Source: Anolis carolinensis (lineage: Eukaryota). From it: a stretch of 64,000 nt of DNA. A program made the position numbers and the translations under genes. Each line of letters begins with the position of its first letter. Positions within the stretch are counted from its first letter, which is position 1. The notes under the pieces were generated by a model. It saw only the letters and a list, made by a program, of their open reading frames with translations. It was not told where the DNA came from and ran no database searches. Of this stretch, positions 34,523 to 47,933 are shown one piece after another. Where the stretch lies: positions 14,123,190 through 14,187,189 of the forward strand of contig NC_085846.1 of the NCBI RefSeq assembly GCF_035594765.1, in the 5' to 3' direction.

Positions 34523-34981
34523 GGTTTGCCGTGAGTTTTCCGGGCTGTATGGCCATATTTCAGAAGCATTCTCTCCTGATGTTTCGCCCACATCTATGGC
34601 AGGCATCCTCAGAGGTTTGGAGGTCTGTTGGAAACTAGGCAAGTGGGGTTTACGTATCTGTGAAATGATGTCCTGAGTTGGAGAAAGAACTCTTGTCTGT
34701 TTGAGGCAATTGTGAATGGTGCAGTTGACCACCTTGATTAGCATTGAATGGTCATCCAGCTTCAAAGTCTAGCTGCTTCCTGCCTGTGGGAATCCTTTGT
34801 TGGGAGGTGTTAGCTGGCCCCGATTGTTTCTTGTCTGGAACTCCTGTTTTCAGAGTGTTGTTCTTTATTTACTGTCTTAATTTTAGAGGTTTTTTTAATA
34901 CTGGTAGCCAGACTTTGTTCATTTTCATGGTTTCCTCCTTTCTGTTGAAATTGTCCACATGATTGTGAATTTTGTCAACAC
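34523..34981 (-). mobile_element. Penelope-like element 3' fragment
   Basis: Homologous to 46525-46990. Confidence 0.8.
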
Positions 34982-35971
34982 ATTAAAATAATAAAATAAT
35001 AAAACGAATACAAAATAATAATGTACTGTTCCATTATTCCAAAAGAATAGTAATAACAATGATTACAAAAGAATAATGGTTACATTATTTGTGTTGTTTT
35101 GTTAAATTTATTTTATGCTGCTTATTTATTTACTTAATTGATTATGTACTATATTTTTATTTTATGTACTTTATTTTTATCCTGCCTTTTTCAAGACACA
35201 GGGACTCAAGGCAGCCTAATCATGAACATGACACAATACAATATGAATGGAAAACAAAGCATACAAATACCAATATAAAAATTAAAAAAAAAAACCAATT
35301 CAATCTTTGTGTAATGGAGTTTAAGGATTAAAATACAATTTCAAGGACACTGTGATTTGCACACAAATTGAGGTTGCTGTGGGCGCAACACAGAGTACTA
35401 ACCACTATACAAGGCATGGGCAAATTTGGGCCCTCCAGGTGTTTTGGACTTCAACTCCCATAATTCCTAACAACTTCAGGCCCTTTTCTTTCCCCCCTCA
35501 GCCACTTAAGCTTAAGGAAGGGGCCTGAGGATGTTAGGAATTGTGAGAGTTGAAGTCCAAAACATCTGGAGGGCCCAACTATGCCTATGCCTGCACTATA
35601 CTGTCATTTTCAGAGTTATAGCTCAAAGGATTTGAGAGGCAACAGGTTACTAATCCTTGAATCACATCTGTAATTGTTTCTATGGGATAGGAATTATGGT
35701 ATACTTTGACTAGATACATCCATCTGGTTGTTTATTTTACAACATCTGTTTATCTTGCACCATGCAGCCCACAGTTTGTTTGTTTTGTTTTTTTCACAAT
35801 ACAGAGTTTAGCATTTGCAACAATGTCAGCCTTCATCCCAATCCCAAAATGTTTCAAGACCTCTATGCTGAAGGAAGTGGTTTGCAAATGTATAAACAGA
35901 TTGGCAAAAAGAACGTCCATGTTCAAATCTATGGTCTGTATGACCTTCCGAAATGCTCTAGTTGTCATACG

Positions 35972-36235
35972 TTACATTATAATAAAATAAATAAAATTAC
36001 AGGTATATATATCTGTAATTTTATTTATTTTATTATAATGTAATAATAATTAGCATGCAAATTGGCAGTTTATTTGTATTGTATTAATTTTGCATTAGCT
36101 TTATCTGACACCTGCCCTTTCCCGAATGTAACAAACTGATATATATATCTCAGTATGTTACATTCAGGAAAGGGCAGGTGTCTGATAAAGCTGATGCAAA
36201 ATTAATACGATACAAATAAACTTCCAATTTGCATG
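35972..36235. repeat. Two adjacent fold-back palindromes (35972-36043 and 36054-36235)
   Basis: Arms read directly as reverse complements; both are centred on TATATATA. Confidence 0.9.
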
Positions 36236-36610
36236 TTTGGACTATTGAGCCACCCACTTCTTGATATACATCTGGATTTTTAATTTTATTCTGGTGCATA
36301 AATGACTGTCTTTCTCCTTCAAGGAAAGCTTTTTGTAGGAAGTGTCACCCTTGTGTCCCTCCAGATGTTTCAGACCCCAACTCCCAGAAGTCCTAGCCAG
36401 CTTGTCCAAGAGCCAGGAATTCTGGGAGCCAAAGTCGAAAACACCCGGAGGGCCACAGGTTTGCCACCACTGGTGTAGATGAACTCAAGGAAATTCTGCA
36501 ATCAAATCATGACCTCTACTACTGAGCTACAGTACTTCTTCTTCCCCTATTATCATATCAATAATCAAGGCAATGAATTGGCATTCAATATATTGTGCAA
36601 AGTTCTTGCA

Positions 36611-37086
36611 ATGTGTTGTCAAAGGCTTTCATGGCCTGGGTTGCTGTGAGTTTTCCAGGCTGTATGGCAATGTTCCAGAAGCATTCTCTCCTGATGTTTT
36701 GCCCACATATATGACAGGCATCCTCATAGGGACCACCAAAAGCATTGCCCAAACATGAATCAAGGAACATGAAAGGCACAGCAAACTAACTCAACCAGGG
36801 AAGTCAGCCATAGCAGAGCACTTGCTGAACCAACCTGGACACAGCATATTATTTGAGAACACAGAAATGTTGGACCACTCTAACAACCACCATGTCAGAC
36901 TACACAGAGAAGCCATTGAAATCCACAAGTATGTGGAAAATTTCAACAGAAATTATAAAGCCTCACTTATCTAGTTTCCAACAGACCTCACAACCTCTGA
37001 GGATGCCTGTCATAGATGTAGGCAAAACGGCAGGAGAGAATGCTTCTGGAAAATAGCCATACAGCCCGGGAAACTCACAGCAACCC
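36611..37086. mobile_element. Inverted-structure Penelope-like insertion with a GIY-YIG fragment
   Basis: Inverted repeat halves; internal sequence homologous to 46980-47200; flanking aaagt(t/c)cttgca at 36599-36610 / 37087-37098. Confidence 0.8.
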
Positions 37087-38287
37087 AAAGTCCTTGCAGT
37101 TTTCCAAGTGTTCTGATCTGTCAGGGAGAAATCAATTTAACCCTTTGCTATTTTTCAGATAATTAGTCCCAGTTCTTCTCTGCTCCTCCCACATTCCTTT
37201 TTGTTTTCTGCTTACTTCAATTGCTGTGAACTGGGTTCAAAATACAAAAGTTTGCACTCAATTAAGACAGCAAGAGAGAAAGGAGGGGAGAGGATGGCGC
37301 CTTGCTCTTTCCAAACAGTCTCAGGCAAAAGCAAACTACTGCAGCCTCTCCTGACTTATGTGTTCTTCTTCAGTGAAACATTTTGCCATCTAGACAACAC
37401 TTTGATGTTGCTTGATCTACTAGTTTTGACCATAATAATAGTAATAATAATAATAATAATAATACGTTATTAATCTACTGAGTGTTAGAAGGTATGCCTT
37501 TGTTGCATGTTTTTGTACCATTTCTCAATGCAAAGAACTCACATTGAATTAATGGATCGTCATCCAGCTACAAGATGGAAGTCATACAGCATCACTTTAT
37601 TTGGGTAGTACACAAAGATGAACCAAATCACCATAGAACTGTTTTTATTAATTTAAAAAAGAAAAATGACAAAGAAGACTCACATAGATCAAAGATTCCA
37701 CATGATACATGAAGTAGAGGAAACATGATCCAGGGATTTCCCTGGCGTCTTTGGAGGCACCATTTTATCTGGCACCTTGGAACACATGCCTGTATATCAG
37801 TTTCTCCTGCTTCTGGTCCATCCAACCCATCCTTTTAACTCTGTAAAGGAACAGGAGATCCTATGCTTGTTAAATATTGTAGGAAACCATAACAGTCTAA
37901 TCTGATAATACCCCATGGACTGAAAGGCAGAGGGAAGGCAAAGTACTTTATTTTGCTTTGTGTAGAATTGGGGTTTAAATCCACAGACACATAGATGCTG
38001 ACCCACAAAGACTTGGAAAGTTATCTGAATAGATTCCAGTTGGCTAATTTGAGGACAGAAGGAAACAAGGCCTGAAAGCAGAACACATGGGACATGGTAC
38101 AGATCTGATTTGGAGGCTGGACTCGCATCAGAAGTAGCAGCAGCATCTTTCTGAAGGAATGTAAAATCACATTTTCCCCACTGGAAAAGTAAATTATTTT
38201 AAATTAAGACAGTTAAGGTCTAAAAGCAGAGACATATCCATTATCCATCCTTCAGTGCCCCCACTCTTCATATATATCCACATACAG

Positions 38288-38729
38288 CAGTGATTGCCAA
38301 TCTTTTTTTTGACCAGGAACCACTTTGACCAGGGACCACGCTCCAACATTAGTACCAAAAAGGGTTACAAATCAGTTTTTGGTCAACTTTAGATTCCGTT
38401 TGGTTATTTGGGGTGCCTATTCATAAAATTGCACTGGAGAGACCACATGAGCTCTTGTTTCTGATACAGAACATATGCCATCCAGTAGTCGCCATCTACT
38501 CGCCCACAGAATATATATTTCATAATCTAAAATTGATGTGGTCTATCCAAGGCAATTTTCTGAATCAGCACCCCAAACAACCCCAGGAACAGGCCTAAAA
38601 ATTAAGACAACAAGAAAAAAAATTGGTTGGTCAGTGTTATTATTTGTAGTAGTAACGGTGAGGCCATGGATCATATTTTAGTTATTGTGGACCACTAGTG
38701 GTCCATGAACCACAGGCTGGGAATCACTG
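38288..38729. mobile_element. Non-autonomous hAT element
   Basis: TIR cagtgatt / aatcactg; degenerate 8-bp TSD acatacag / acaaatag. Confidence 0.65.
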
Positions 38730-39879
38730 ACAAATAGGAATCAGCCTTAGTCAGCATAAACATTTGTGTGGAATGCCATGAATTACAGCCCACAAACCCT
38801 TTTCTGAAGGAGCATTCACCCCACCTTACTCCAACACTATGTCTTTCGGCCGATATTTCATTTAGCTCTTTCTAAACTTCATACTACCACTTTTGCCAAA
38901 AGGTGTGTCATGTGAGAATGGAATGGGCTCGACAAGAATGTAAGGACAGTCTGTTCCTGAGATGATGGGAGCCCAGGATGTAAAGCTAAAGATCCATCCT
39001 GTCTCAGGTCAGCATTTGGCACTTCCAAATAAGACAACTGGAATTTATAGAATCCAACTGGAAATTTTAGCGGAAATTCTATGCCAAAATAAGAAGCAAC
39101 ATCCTCACTGTCCCAATCTAGCAATCCTTCACACCCAAAGCAACTTGAACATTATCCACAGGGCAGTTTTCTAAAATAGGAATACTCTAGTTCTCAATTG
39201 AGTAGATGTCTCCATGCTATGTTTGTGGGTGGATATAAAATAAATGGAAGCTTCTAGATAGATTTCAAAGCCAAGTGTACCATTGATAAGAGTTATTATT
39301 AACAGGCAGTGGAGGAATATATCCATGCCATACATGCAGAGTCTAGGCAAGGCCTGCTGGATTTTCCCTACCACCCATTATAATCTGAGACAAGAAGATT
39401 TCCTCAGGGCACTAGTATGCTCTGCTCTCTATTGTAGAGAAGGGGGTTGACCAGGTAATGAATTCATGCTAAATGTATGTGGCCTTCAAGGGTAGTGCTA
39501 ACAGGGGACAAAGCAGGAGGAAACAGATCTTCCTGATGGGTTAATGAGGAGCATAGGCAGGCAGGACAGACTAAGCATTTCTACAAAAGGGTGGTAAACC
39601 AGATTGTCATGACACTGGGCAGAAGGTATCTGTTTGAGGACTCAGGAAGTTGGCATTTGCATGCCAGATACTTTGTGGTATAGCTGGGTATGTGTTTCTC
39701 CATTCCACATTTTGTTTTTCACAGAAGCTGCCAGTCATTAGTCTGACAGATGTGGGAGTATCAATCCATCAGATGTGGGCAGAAATTTTCAGGCTAGGAT
39801 TAGCTCAGCATGCACGGATGCTAGCAGGGCCTGGACAGCAGGTTCCTAAGGCCTGGGTAGGTCCTCACGCCAATTATTT

Positions 39880-40659
39880 CTAGCACAAGTCCCCCAAAAG
39901 GCCAGTCTCTATGCCTGGAGGGAGGAGCTGCAGGCGGTGCTTCCGGCGAATGTGCCTCTGGAGGGTGTTGCGTTCGCCAAAGCGCATGTGGCATGCCTCG
40001 CACTGGTAAGGCCGCTCGCCTGTGTGTACCCGCTGGTGATGCGAGAGCTCCCCCGAATCCCGGAAGCTGCGCTGGCAGATAGGGCACTGGTGGGGTTTCC
40101 GTCCCGAATGGGTATACTTGTGGCGCTCCAGGTGGGATGTGCGCTTGAAGGCTTTGCCACACGCCCGGCAAACATGGGGCTTGCTCTCCGAGTGGGTGAT
40201 GCTGTGGCGCTGCAGGTACGACAGGTATTCGAATGTCCGTGAGCAGACAGGGCAGCTGTAGACCTTGCGCAGGGAGCCCACGCTCCCACTGTCATTGCTC
40301 CCTGCAGCCGCCACGCCCTCTTCCACCAGCACAGTGTAAGGAAGACCCTGACTGTCAATCAACAAGTAACGTCCCAGTCGGGAGGATTCGCCTTGTTCCA
40401 CTGTCCCTCCAGAAATGTGGGCCCTCCTGCCTGTTCCTGGCAGCCCATTCAAACCCTGAATGAGAGCACTGCTAGCAGAAGGAACTGGTGGACGAGAGAG
40501 TTTAGGAGGCAATGTTTGGACATCCTCTCCCTCACTGGCTTTTTCCAACTTGATGGGCTTCTCCACATCACTAGGAGGATCTTGCAGGCAGGGGTGTCCC
40601 ACAGATTCCGGTGATCTATGTGGATCTCCGACAGACTTGGAATGTCTCTGCAGCTCCAT
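39880..40659 (-). CDS. ZNF581: ZNF581-like (ZNF580/581 family) protein, 259 aa, 4 C2H2 fingers
   Basis: YLLIDSQGLPYTVLV motif and [25 protein letters not shown] match recalled ZNF581; acceptor ttgtAG before 40705. Confidence 0.85.
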   Translation of the reverse strand: MELQRHSKSVGDPHRSPESVGHPCLQDPPSDVEKPIKLEKASEGEDVQTLPPKLSRPPVPSASSALIQGLNGLPGTGRRAHISGGTVEQGESSRLGRYLLIDSQGLPYTVLVEEGVAAAGSNDSGSVGSLRKVYSCPVCSRTFEYLSYLQRHSITHSESKPHVCRACGKAFKRTSHLERHKYTHSGRKPHQCPICQRSFRDSGELSHHQRVHTGERPYQCEACHMRFGERNTLQRHIRRKHRLQLLPPGIETGLLGDLC

Positions 40660-41490
40660 CAGTATCTTCTTACAGTTATTATTCCCTCAGGGTGGAACGC
40701 CGAGCCTACAATAAGAACCCAAAGTGCACTCATTGTTCAAAGAAAATAAACAATTCAGATAGGTATATTCAGGCAAACTATTAAAGCTTTAATTAAGTTG
40801 GGCTCCCAGCCAATTAAAGCGTTGTCGCTGATTAATCACCTTCTTTTTAATCATTCAGTTAATCAATGGAAATAAAAGTGGCATGTTGCCAACACCAACA
40901 TAGCTGCCTTTTCAAGGTGTTGAAGGGAGACCTAATGTAACTTGCAATTAAAGGCAGGAAGGCTACTGCCTCTTAAGGGAAGGAAAATCATTGGAATGTT
41001 TTCTTACTCTCTATTGTAAAACACCAGTAGCAAAAAACCCTGACAATATAAACAGCTCAATCTTTGCTGTTGATTCTACCAATTATGAATGGCTCTACTG
41101 ATAAATCAAAAGGCAGTGTGATCCTATGTTTACCTGGAAGGTAGACTTGCTTCATTTAACTGTGCTTTCAAATCAAATTTTTAAGCAATTATTCTTATTT
41201 TAAATTTTTTATTAGAAATAGCTTGATTTTTCTCTCTATTCATTTTATCTCAGTGAGATATATTAAGTTGTGAGAGAGTAACTGACCCAAAGGACCAGAA
41301 CTTGGATCACCCAAATTTCAGTCCAACACTCTGGCCGAAATCCAAATGAAAGTGAGGGAGTGTTTATCTCATAAAATAAGGACAAAACTTGGCTGCAAAA
41401 CTGCAGCTGCTTAATTTTACAACTGCAGCTAAACATTTAATCCCAGGGCTATTAAAGCTGCAATCCTAGTCACACCTGAGTAAGTACAAG

Positions 41491-41754
41491 TAAAGGTAAA
41501 GGTTTTCACGTGACATTAAGACTTTGAGGTTGGTGCTATTTCCATTTCTAAGCCGAAGAGCCGGCATTGTCCATAGACACCTCCAAAGTCATGTGGCCAG
41601 TATGACTGCATGGAGCACTGTTACCTTCCTGCTGGAGCGATACCTATTAGTCTACTCACATTTGCGTGTTTTCAAACTGCTAGGTTGGCAGAAGCTGGAT
41701 CTAACAGTGGGAGCTCACCCCGCTTCCCAGATTTGTACTGCTGCACCACCGGGA
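41491..41754 (-). mobile_element. Sauria SINE with internal deletions
   Basis: aaggtaaaggtttt..ccatttctaagccgaagagccggc..gctaggttggcagaagct. Confidence 0.85.
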
Positions 41755-44214
41755 TATTAAGTAAGTATAGGCCATGCTGAAACAGTGGAACAGACCTCTG
41801 AACCAGCACCCATTGATTTGAACTACACTTTTCCTAAATATGGAGAATCTACATGTAGTGAATTCCAGATAAGAAGAAACTATATCAACCATTGTAATAG
41901 AATCAGTTTTGCTCCCCTTCCTTTTGCAGTGTAATTCAGCAGAGCTCTGAGAATGGTTTCGAAACTGCAGCAAATGCAGCACTCCGCTGCTAAACTGCTG
42001 AGTGGGGCGGTTAAACAAGTACATGTTACATGTTTGCTCAAATAACTGCAGTTATTACCAAGCAAAGTTATTAATATCTAAGTTCCTTAATAACATGGAA
42101 CCTGATTTTCTGAGGGAATACAGTCAGCCCACCATTTTTGCTGGAGCAAGGGGACCTGAACCTTTTGAAAAATCTACAAATAAAAATCACTTTTTATGCG
42201 AGAGAGCATCTCTCTAGTTTGGTGGTTCTCAACCTGTGGGTCCCCAGATCTTTTGCCCTACAACTCCCAGAAATCCCTGCCAATTTACCAGCTGTTTCTG
42301 GGAGTTGAAGGCCAAAACATCTGGGAACTCACTTAGAGCAGGCAAGGCCAAACTTTGGCCCTCCACGTGTTTTGGACTGCAACTCCCGCAATTCCTAACA
42401 GCTTCAGGCCCTTCGGGGGAAAGAGAAGGGGCCTGAGGCTGTTAGGAATTGTGGGAGTTGAAGTCCAAAACATCAGGAGGGCTGAAGTTTGCCCATGCCT
42501 GACCTAGAGGTTTCTACAGAGAACGGATTACTCAAATCCACCAAAGTGAAATCCACAATTATGCAAGGCTGACCATACTTTCTCTGCCGTAAACCCGCCT
42601 CTGATGTACAGATGGCTTCCAATGCAAGAGCCTACTCTGTTGTAACACCTGCCATTGAAATCCAGCAAAGCATGCACCAGTTTTTAGGATGTTTTAAGTA
42701 CTTATTAAATTTTTATTTGTTTAATCAGACATTTGCTGATTTTGAAATCTAGCTTAGATCTTCAGTTTTTTAGTATGAATTTTTATATTTTCCTTTTCAT
42801 TGTTGTTCAAGAATGTCTGTGCAGTGTCCTGAGATTTTGTTAACAGAAAACAACACTTGGGTGTTTTAAATTTAAAATATAAATAAAATCAATGCAGGCA
42901 TTATTTAGGACAGGGAATTTTAAAGTCTATGTATCCTAGCAATGCTAAGACTGCTGGCATAACTGCTGAAGACTTGCACAAAATATATGTTGCCTTAGAT
43001 CCTGGTAATCTAATCATTAGTTCTCATCATTTGTGTGAATTATAGTCCAATTTGTAGAGTTGAGTCTGCAGCAGTACAGTATATAAAACAGAAACTACAA
43101 CAATGACAGAGCGAAGACAGAGGAGCTGGAAGAACATTAGCTAGGAGGCCAGAGCAGGTTAATATTATGAGACTTCATCTGTAGAGAAGGGTTGAAGATC
43201 CTTAGATCTCCAGGTGTTTGGCTTGCAAATCCCACCAGCTCCAACCACATTGATCAATGGTTAAAAGTCAAAGGAACTATCGTCCAAAACATCTAGAGAG
43301 CCAAATGTTCCCATCTCCGGTCTAGAAAAAGGAGACACATGGTTCTAAAGTGTAACAGAATATCAAAAGAGTATGAAGGACTAAGAAAACTGGTGAAATG
43401 GCATGCTGCTACCAGCAACTTGTTTATATATAGCTCTGCCCATGAGCAAACAGCAAAAAGTTAATCTAAGGCCATTTCCAGGTAAAAGGGGAGGACTTCC
43501 TTTATATCCTTCCCACATCAACATTATGACAAACTATTTGAGTCCTAGCTGTGAGGCTGAGACTGCAATGCCTCCTCTGTCTTGTCCTCAATTTGCAGCT
43601 CTGTCCCTGATTTGTCCATCATCCTATTAAATGTCTTTGGGAGGTTTGCAAAGCTTGAGGGGAATTGTGTTCCTCCTATTGCTTCCCCCAGAGCTGATAT
43701 GCCTTGCTGCTGAATATAGAATTTCAATTTTACTATGATAGTTAAAAGGAGGGGCTTGCATAGGCACAACTATGGATGGAAAAGCTTTGGATGAGTGGAA
43801 GTACGAAAGGGTAAGGAATGTTGTTATGATGAGCAAGTGCATCCAGGATCTCTACATATGGAATGCATCCATTGTCAGATAGGACATTTCCCTCATGAAC
43901 TTACACATCTTTTCTATGGTAAGAGCTTTTTGGCAGGGGAATATGCTCCCTCCAAAGTCTCCTTCTCTGGAGGTTTTTAAGCAGAGGGTGGATGGGCATC
44001 TGTCGGGAGGGATTTGATTGTATTTTCTTGCATGGCATGTATAATCTGATATGATGCCACAAGAATGTGAATGTATATTACTGTTGCTTTAAACTGTTTA
44101 TTTTATGATGTTTTATACTTAATATCGATGTATTTGGATTGTTGTTTACATGATTTTAATATGTTTTAGGCCGCTTTGGATCCCGTGAGGGAGAAAAGCA
44201 GGATATAAATAAAG

Positions 44215-44260
<46 letters not shown>
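44215..44260. repeat. (ATT)n microsatellite at the tail of an L2-type 3' end
   Basis: About 15 ATT units after ccgctttggatccc..gggagaaaagcaggatataaataaag. Confidence 0.9.
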
Positions 44261-44261
<1 letters not shown>

Positions 44262-44445
44262 GCCTTTTAACCTTATAATTCCATGATTCTACATTCTTAG
44301 CTTCAGATATTTACACATAGCCTGAAGGACTGGCACCAAAGCTCTCCAGAAAGCTCCTGGAACATGCCCTTGTCACGTCCTCTCACAGTTCACATCATCC
44401 CTCACATGCAGAACTGGTCACATAACGCCTTGGCCTCAAACTTAC

Positions 44446-44871
44446 CCTTCTTGGGCAATGTTCCAGTGTCTCAGCTCTCATTTCAGCACCAAAGGCGGGA
44501 CCTTATCCAGAAAATGCCTTTTGTTATCATCTTGGAGTAAAGTCTGCAGGAACGTCCAGGTGGAGGTCTTCTTCAACTCAACTGGCAGCAGGTGCTAAGG
44601 ATCCATGCAAAGCATTCAGCGGGACCAAGCCGGGTTGCATGTTGTGTACGAATGGCAAAACGTGGCCCAGGTCCAAAGTTACCAGAAAGGAGGAGGACGA
44701 GGATGAAGGGATTGAGCAACGCCACCTTAACATCCATGTATTGCAGGCATAGGATGATCTCAAAGCGTCAACAGGGAGAAGCTGCAAAGTTGCCCAAGGC
44801 ACAACTAGCGGTGATGCTCGAGAGAAGTGGAATCCATCCATCAGGCGGAGCTGTCAATAGGCCAACGCATC
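44446..44871 (-). other. Probable 5' UTR exon of the ZNF581-like gene
   Basis: Minus-strand acceptor tttttttttaaacaccctttccAG and donor aagg|GTAAGT. Confidence 0.55.
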
Positions 44872-45189
44872 CTGGAAAGGGTGTTTAAAAAAAAAGATCA
44901 GAAGTGATGATTTGCCTTCAGCTTTTGGGGGGGGGGATCTATCTCCAAATGTCAGATTGGAAGAAGCCAGTCCTGTTTTGTTTTGCAGCAATACACTTCC
45001 AAAGATGAGAGAGAGAAGGAACTCTCTAAGGGTACCATCTTCCACCTGGACCCCCCTCCCAAAAGACCCACAACAGGGATCTCAGCCAGGGTTCCTGCCC
45101 CACATTTCCCCCATCAGTTGCCCATGAGCAGCCACTAAAGTGTCCTTTAAAGAGAAATGGGAAAGCAGCAGGTAGAAGGGAAATGCATT

Positions 45190-45650
45190 AGCAGGGAGGG
45201 AGGGAGGCTGGAGGAAGAGCCCTGTGGAGGGAGGGAGGGGTCTCGGGAGGGGGGTTTCTACCTGGCTCTTCCAGCAAGGGAGGGGGGGGGGGTTGGGGGG
45301 GGGGAGGAGACAGAGGAGGAGTGGGTGTCACCGCGAAAAGAGTCCTGACGGAAACGCAGCAGCCTCTCCCACCGGCTCCGGGGAGAGAGGTTCCCGGGTA
45401 AACATTCCAGTCTGGAAGGGCGCCACGGCCTTCTCTCCCAGACACCGAGCCCGCCTTCCTCCCGCTTGTCGTCACCCCCTTCGGCCTTGAGCCTCGGCCT
45501 TCCGTTCTCCCCACTCGGCATCACCGAGGCATCTCCGTGGGGCCAGGAAGGGGGTCATGCCCAGGGGCCTCTGGAGCTGAGATTCCTCCTTTCACTTGGG
45601 GTGGGATCGCTCTAGAATGGAGCCCGCGCCCCAGCAAAGAGCTCCCCACC
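45190..45650 (-). promoter_or_regulatory. CpG island, probable promoter/exon 1 of the ZNF581-like gene
   Basis: High GC/CpG, G-runs, candidate donor gccag|GTAGAA near 45261 on the minus strand. Confidence 0.55.
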
Positions 45651-45659
45651 CCACCCTCA

Positions 45660-45927
45660 TTTTTTTTTCGTGTCAGGAGCAACTTGAGTCACTTCTGGAG
45701 TGAGAGAATTGGCTGTCTGCAAGGACGTTTCCCAGGGGACGCCCGGATGTTTTGGCGGTTTTACCATCCTTGTGGGAGGCTTCTCTCATGTCCCTGCATG
45801 GAGCTGGAGCTGATAGAGGGAGCTCATCCGCTCTCTCCCCGGGTGGGATTCGAACCTGGCAGCCTTCAGGTCAGCAACCCAACCTTCAAGTCACGAGGCT
45901 TTAGTCCACTACGCCACCGGAGGCTCC
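45660..45927 (-). mobile_element. tRNA-derived SINE
   Basis: Homologous to 10565-10829. Confidence 0.85.
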
Positions 45928-46524
45928 ATTTCTGGCCTATGATTATAGAAAAAGCACACATCCCACCCCAACAAAGAACTTAGCTCCCCCCCCCAACTCC
46001 ACAAATCTGGGTTTTAGTCTTTGCTTGAAGGAAAAGCAGGCCCCCTCCCAGCAAAGAGGGTAGCCCTCCTTGCTTCCCCCAATTTCTGGACTCTTGTCTC
46101 TCTTTGCTTGTGACAAATGCAGTTTCCCCGTAAACAAAATATTCAGCCCATCTCTCCCCTCCCTGGCATTTCTGGACTCTTGACCACACTTAGTCCGGGC
46201 ATGGGCAAACTTCGGCCGTCCAGGTGTTTTTGGACTTAATAATAATAATAATTTTATTTTTATACCCCACGCCATCTCCCCAAGGGGACTCGGGGCGGCT
46301 TACATGGGGCCAAGCCCAGACAAAACAGACAATATAAAACACAACAATAAAACAAATCAATCAACAATAAAGCAAGTCATAAACAAATAAGATCATATAA
46401 AACAAACATGCTTGATAAAATCCTGGGTTGGCTCCTAAAAAAAACTGGGCCATAAAAGTGCTAGTAGTATCAGATATAGTCGGGGAGACTTCAACTTTCA
46501 CAATTCCTAACAGCTTATTCGGCC

Positions 46525-47282
46525 TGTATTGTCAAAGGCTTTCATGGCCAGAATCACTGGGTTGCTGTGAGTTTTCCAGGCTGTATGGACATGTTCCAGA
46601 AACATTCTTTCCTGACGTTTCATCCACATCTATGACAGGCATCCTCAGAGGTTGTGAGGTCTGTTGGAAACTAGGCAAGTGGGGTTTATGTATCTGTAGA
46701 AGGTCCAGAGTGGGAGAAAGAACTCTTGTCTGTTTGAGGCAAGCATGAATGTTGCAGTTGATCACTGATTAGCATTGAATAGCCTTGCAGCTTCAAAGCT
46801 TGGTGCTTACTGCATGGGAGAATCCTTTGTTGGGAAGTGATTAGCTGGCCCTGATTGTTTCTTGCCCGGAATTCCCCTATTTTTCAGTGTTGCTTTTTAT
46901 TTACTGTCCTGATTTTAGAGATTTTTAATACTGGTAACCAGATTTTGTTCATGTTCATGGTTTCCTCTTTTCTGTTGAAATTATCCATATGCTTGTGGAT
47001 TTCAATGGTTTCTCTGTGTGGTTTGATATGATGGTTATTAGAGTGGTCCAGCATTTCTATGTTCTCAAATAATATGCTGTGTCCAGGTTGGTTCATCAAG
47101 TGCTTGGCTATGGCTGACTTCTCTGGTTGAGTTAGTCTGCGGTGCCTTTCATGTTCATTGATTCGTGTTTGGGCAATGCTGCAGTTGGTGGTCCCTATGT
47201 CGAGTTGTCCACAGCTGCATGGTATTCGGTAGACTCCTGCAGAGGTGAGAGGATCCCTCTTTCTCTTTGCTGAACATAGCAT
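46525..47282 (-). mobile_element. Penelope-like element 3' part: GIY-YIG endonuclease remnant (46884-47282) plus terminal repeat
   Basis: GVYRIPCSCG..IGTT..QTRINEHERH..EKSAIAKH..GH..E.IEI..NFNR is the PLE GIY-YIG signature; lies inside a MITE spanning ~46196-47342. Confidence 0.9.
46611..46651 (-). ncRNA. Minimal type I hammerhead ribozyme motif
   Basis: Minus strand cct-CTGAGGA-tgcctgtcatagatgtggat-GAAA-cgTC^agg; weakened stem II. Confidence 0.55.
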
Positions 47283-47901
47283 TTAGGAATTGTGGAAGTT
47301 GAAGTCCAAAACACCTGGAGGGCTGAAGTTTGCCCATGCCTGACTTAGTCCCACTTCCCCTTCCCACTTCTTATTTCTGGGGAAAAAATGTCTGTGCTTC
47401 TAGGAAAAATCCCTCCCCCCCTTGCAAAGAAAGAGCTTAATCCTACTGCTCCTCCACTTGTGCTCCACGACTGTGGAATGACCTGCCGGATTAAAACAGA
47501 ATTAAAAAGCCTATCTCTTCCGGCAGGCCTACCCAGTCCATTCTGAATCATGAGTTTGAATGTGCATTTTGTACCGCTCCATGTTGATTTTGTACCCTGT
47601 GTTTGGTGCATGTTTTTATAACTATGTGCTTTTATGTATTTTATTGTGTGTGTGTGTTTTTTTGTTCATAAGTTTTGATTCTGTTGTGCCCACTTGGAGA
47701 GTCAGGTAATAAATAAAATGTGTTATTATTATTAATTATTATTTCTTGACTGTTGTCTTTACTTGGAAGAAAAGCAATCTTCCCCCAAACAAAGTTTCCA
47801 GGCCACCCCCACACCACATTTCTGGACTCTTGTCTTTGCTTGGAAAGCATGTCTCTCCAAAAAAATCCCATTTCCCCCATCCTCCATTTCTAGACTTACA
47901 G

Positions 47902-47933
<32 letters not shown>

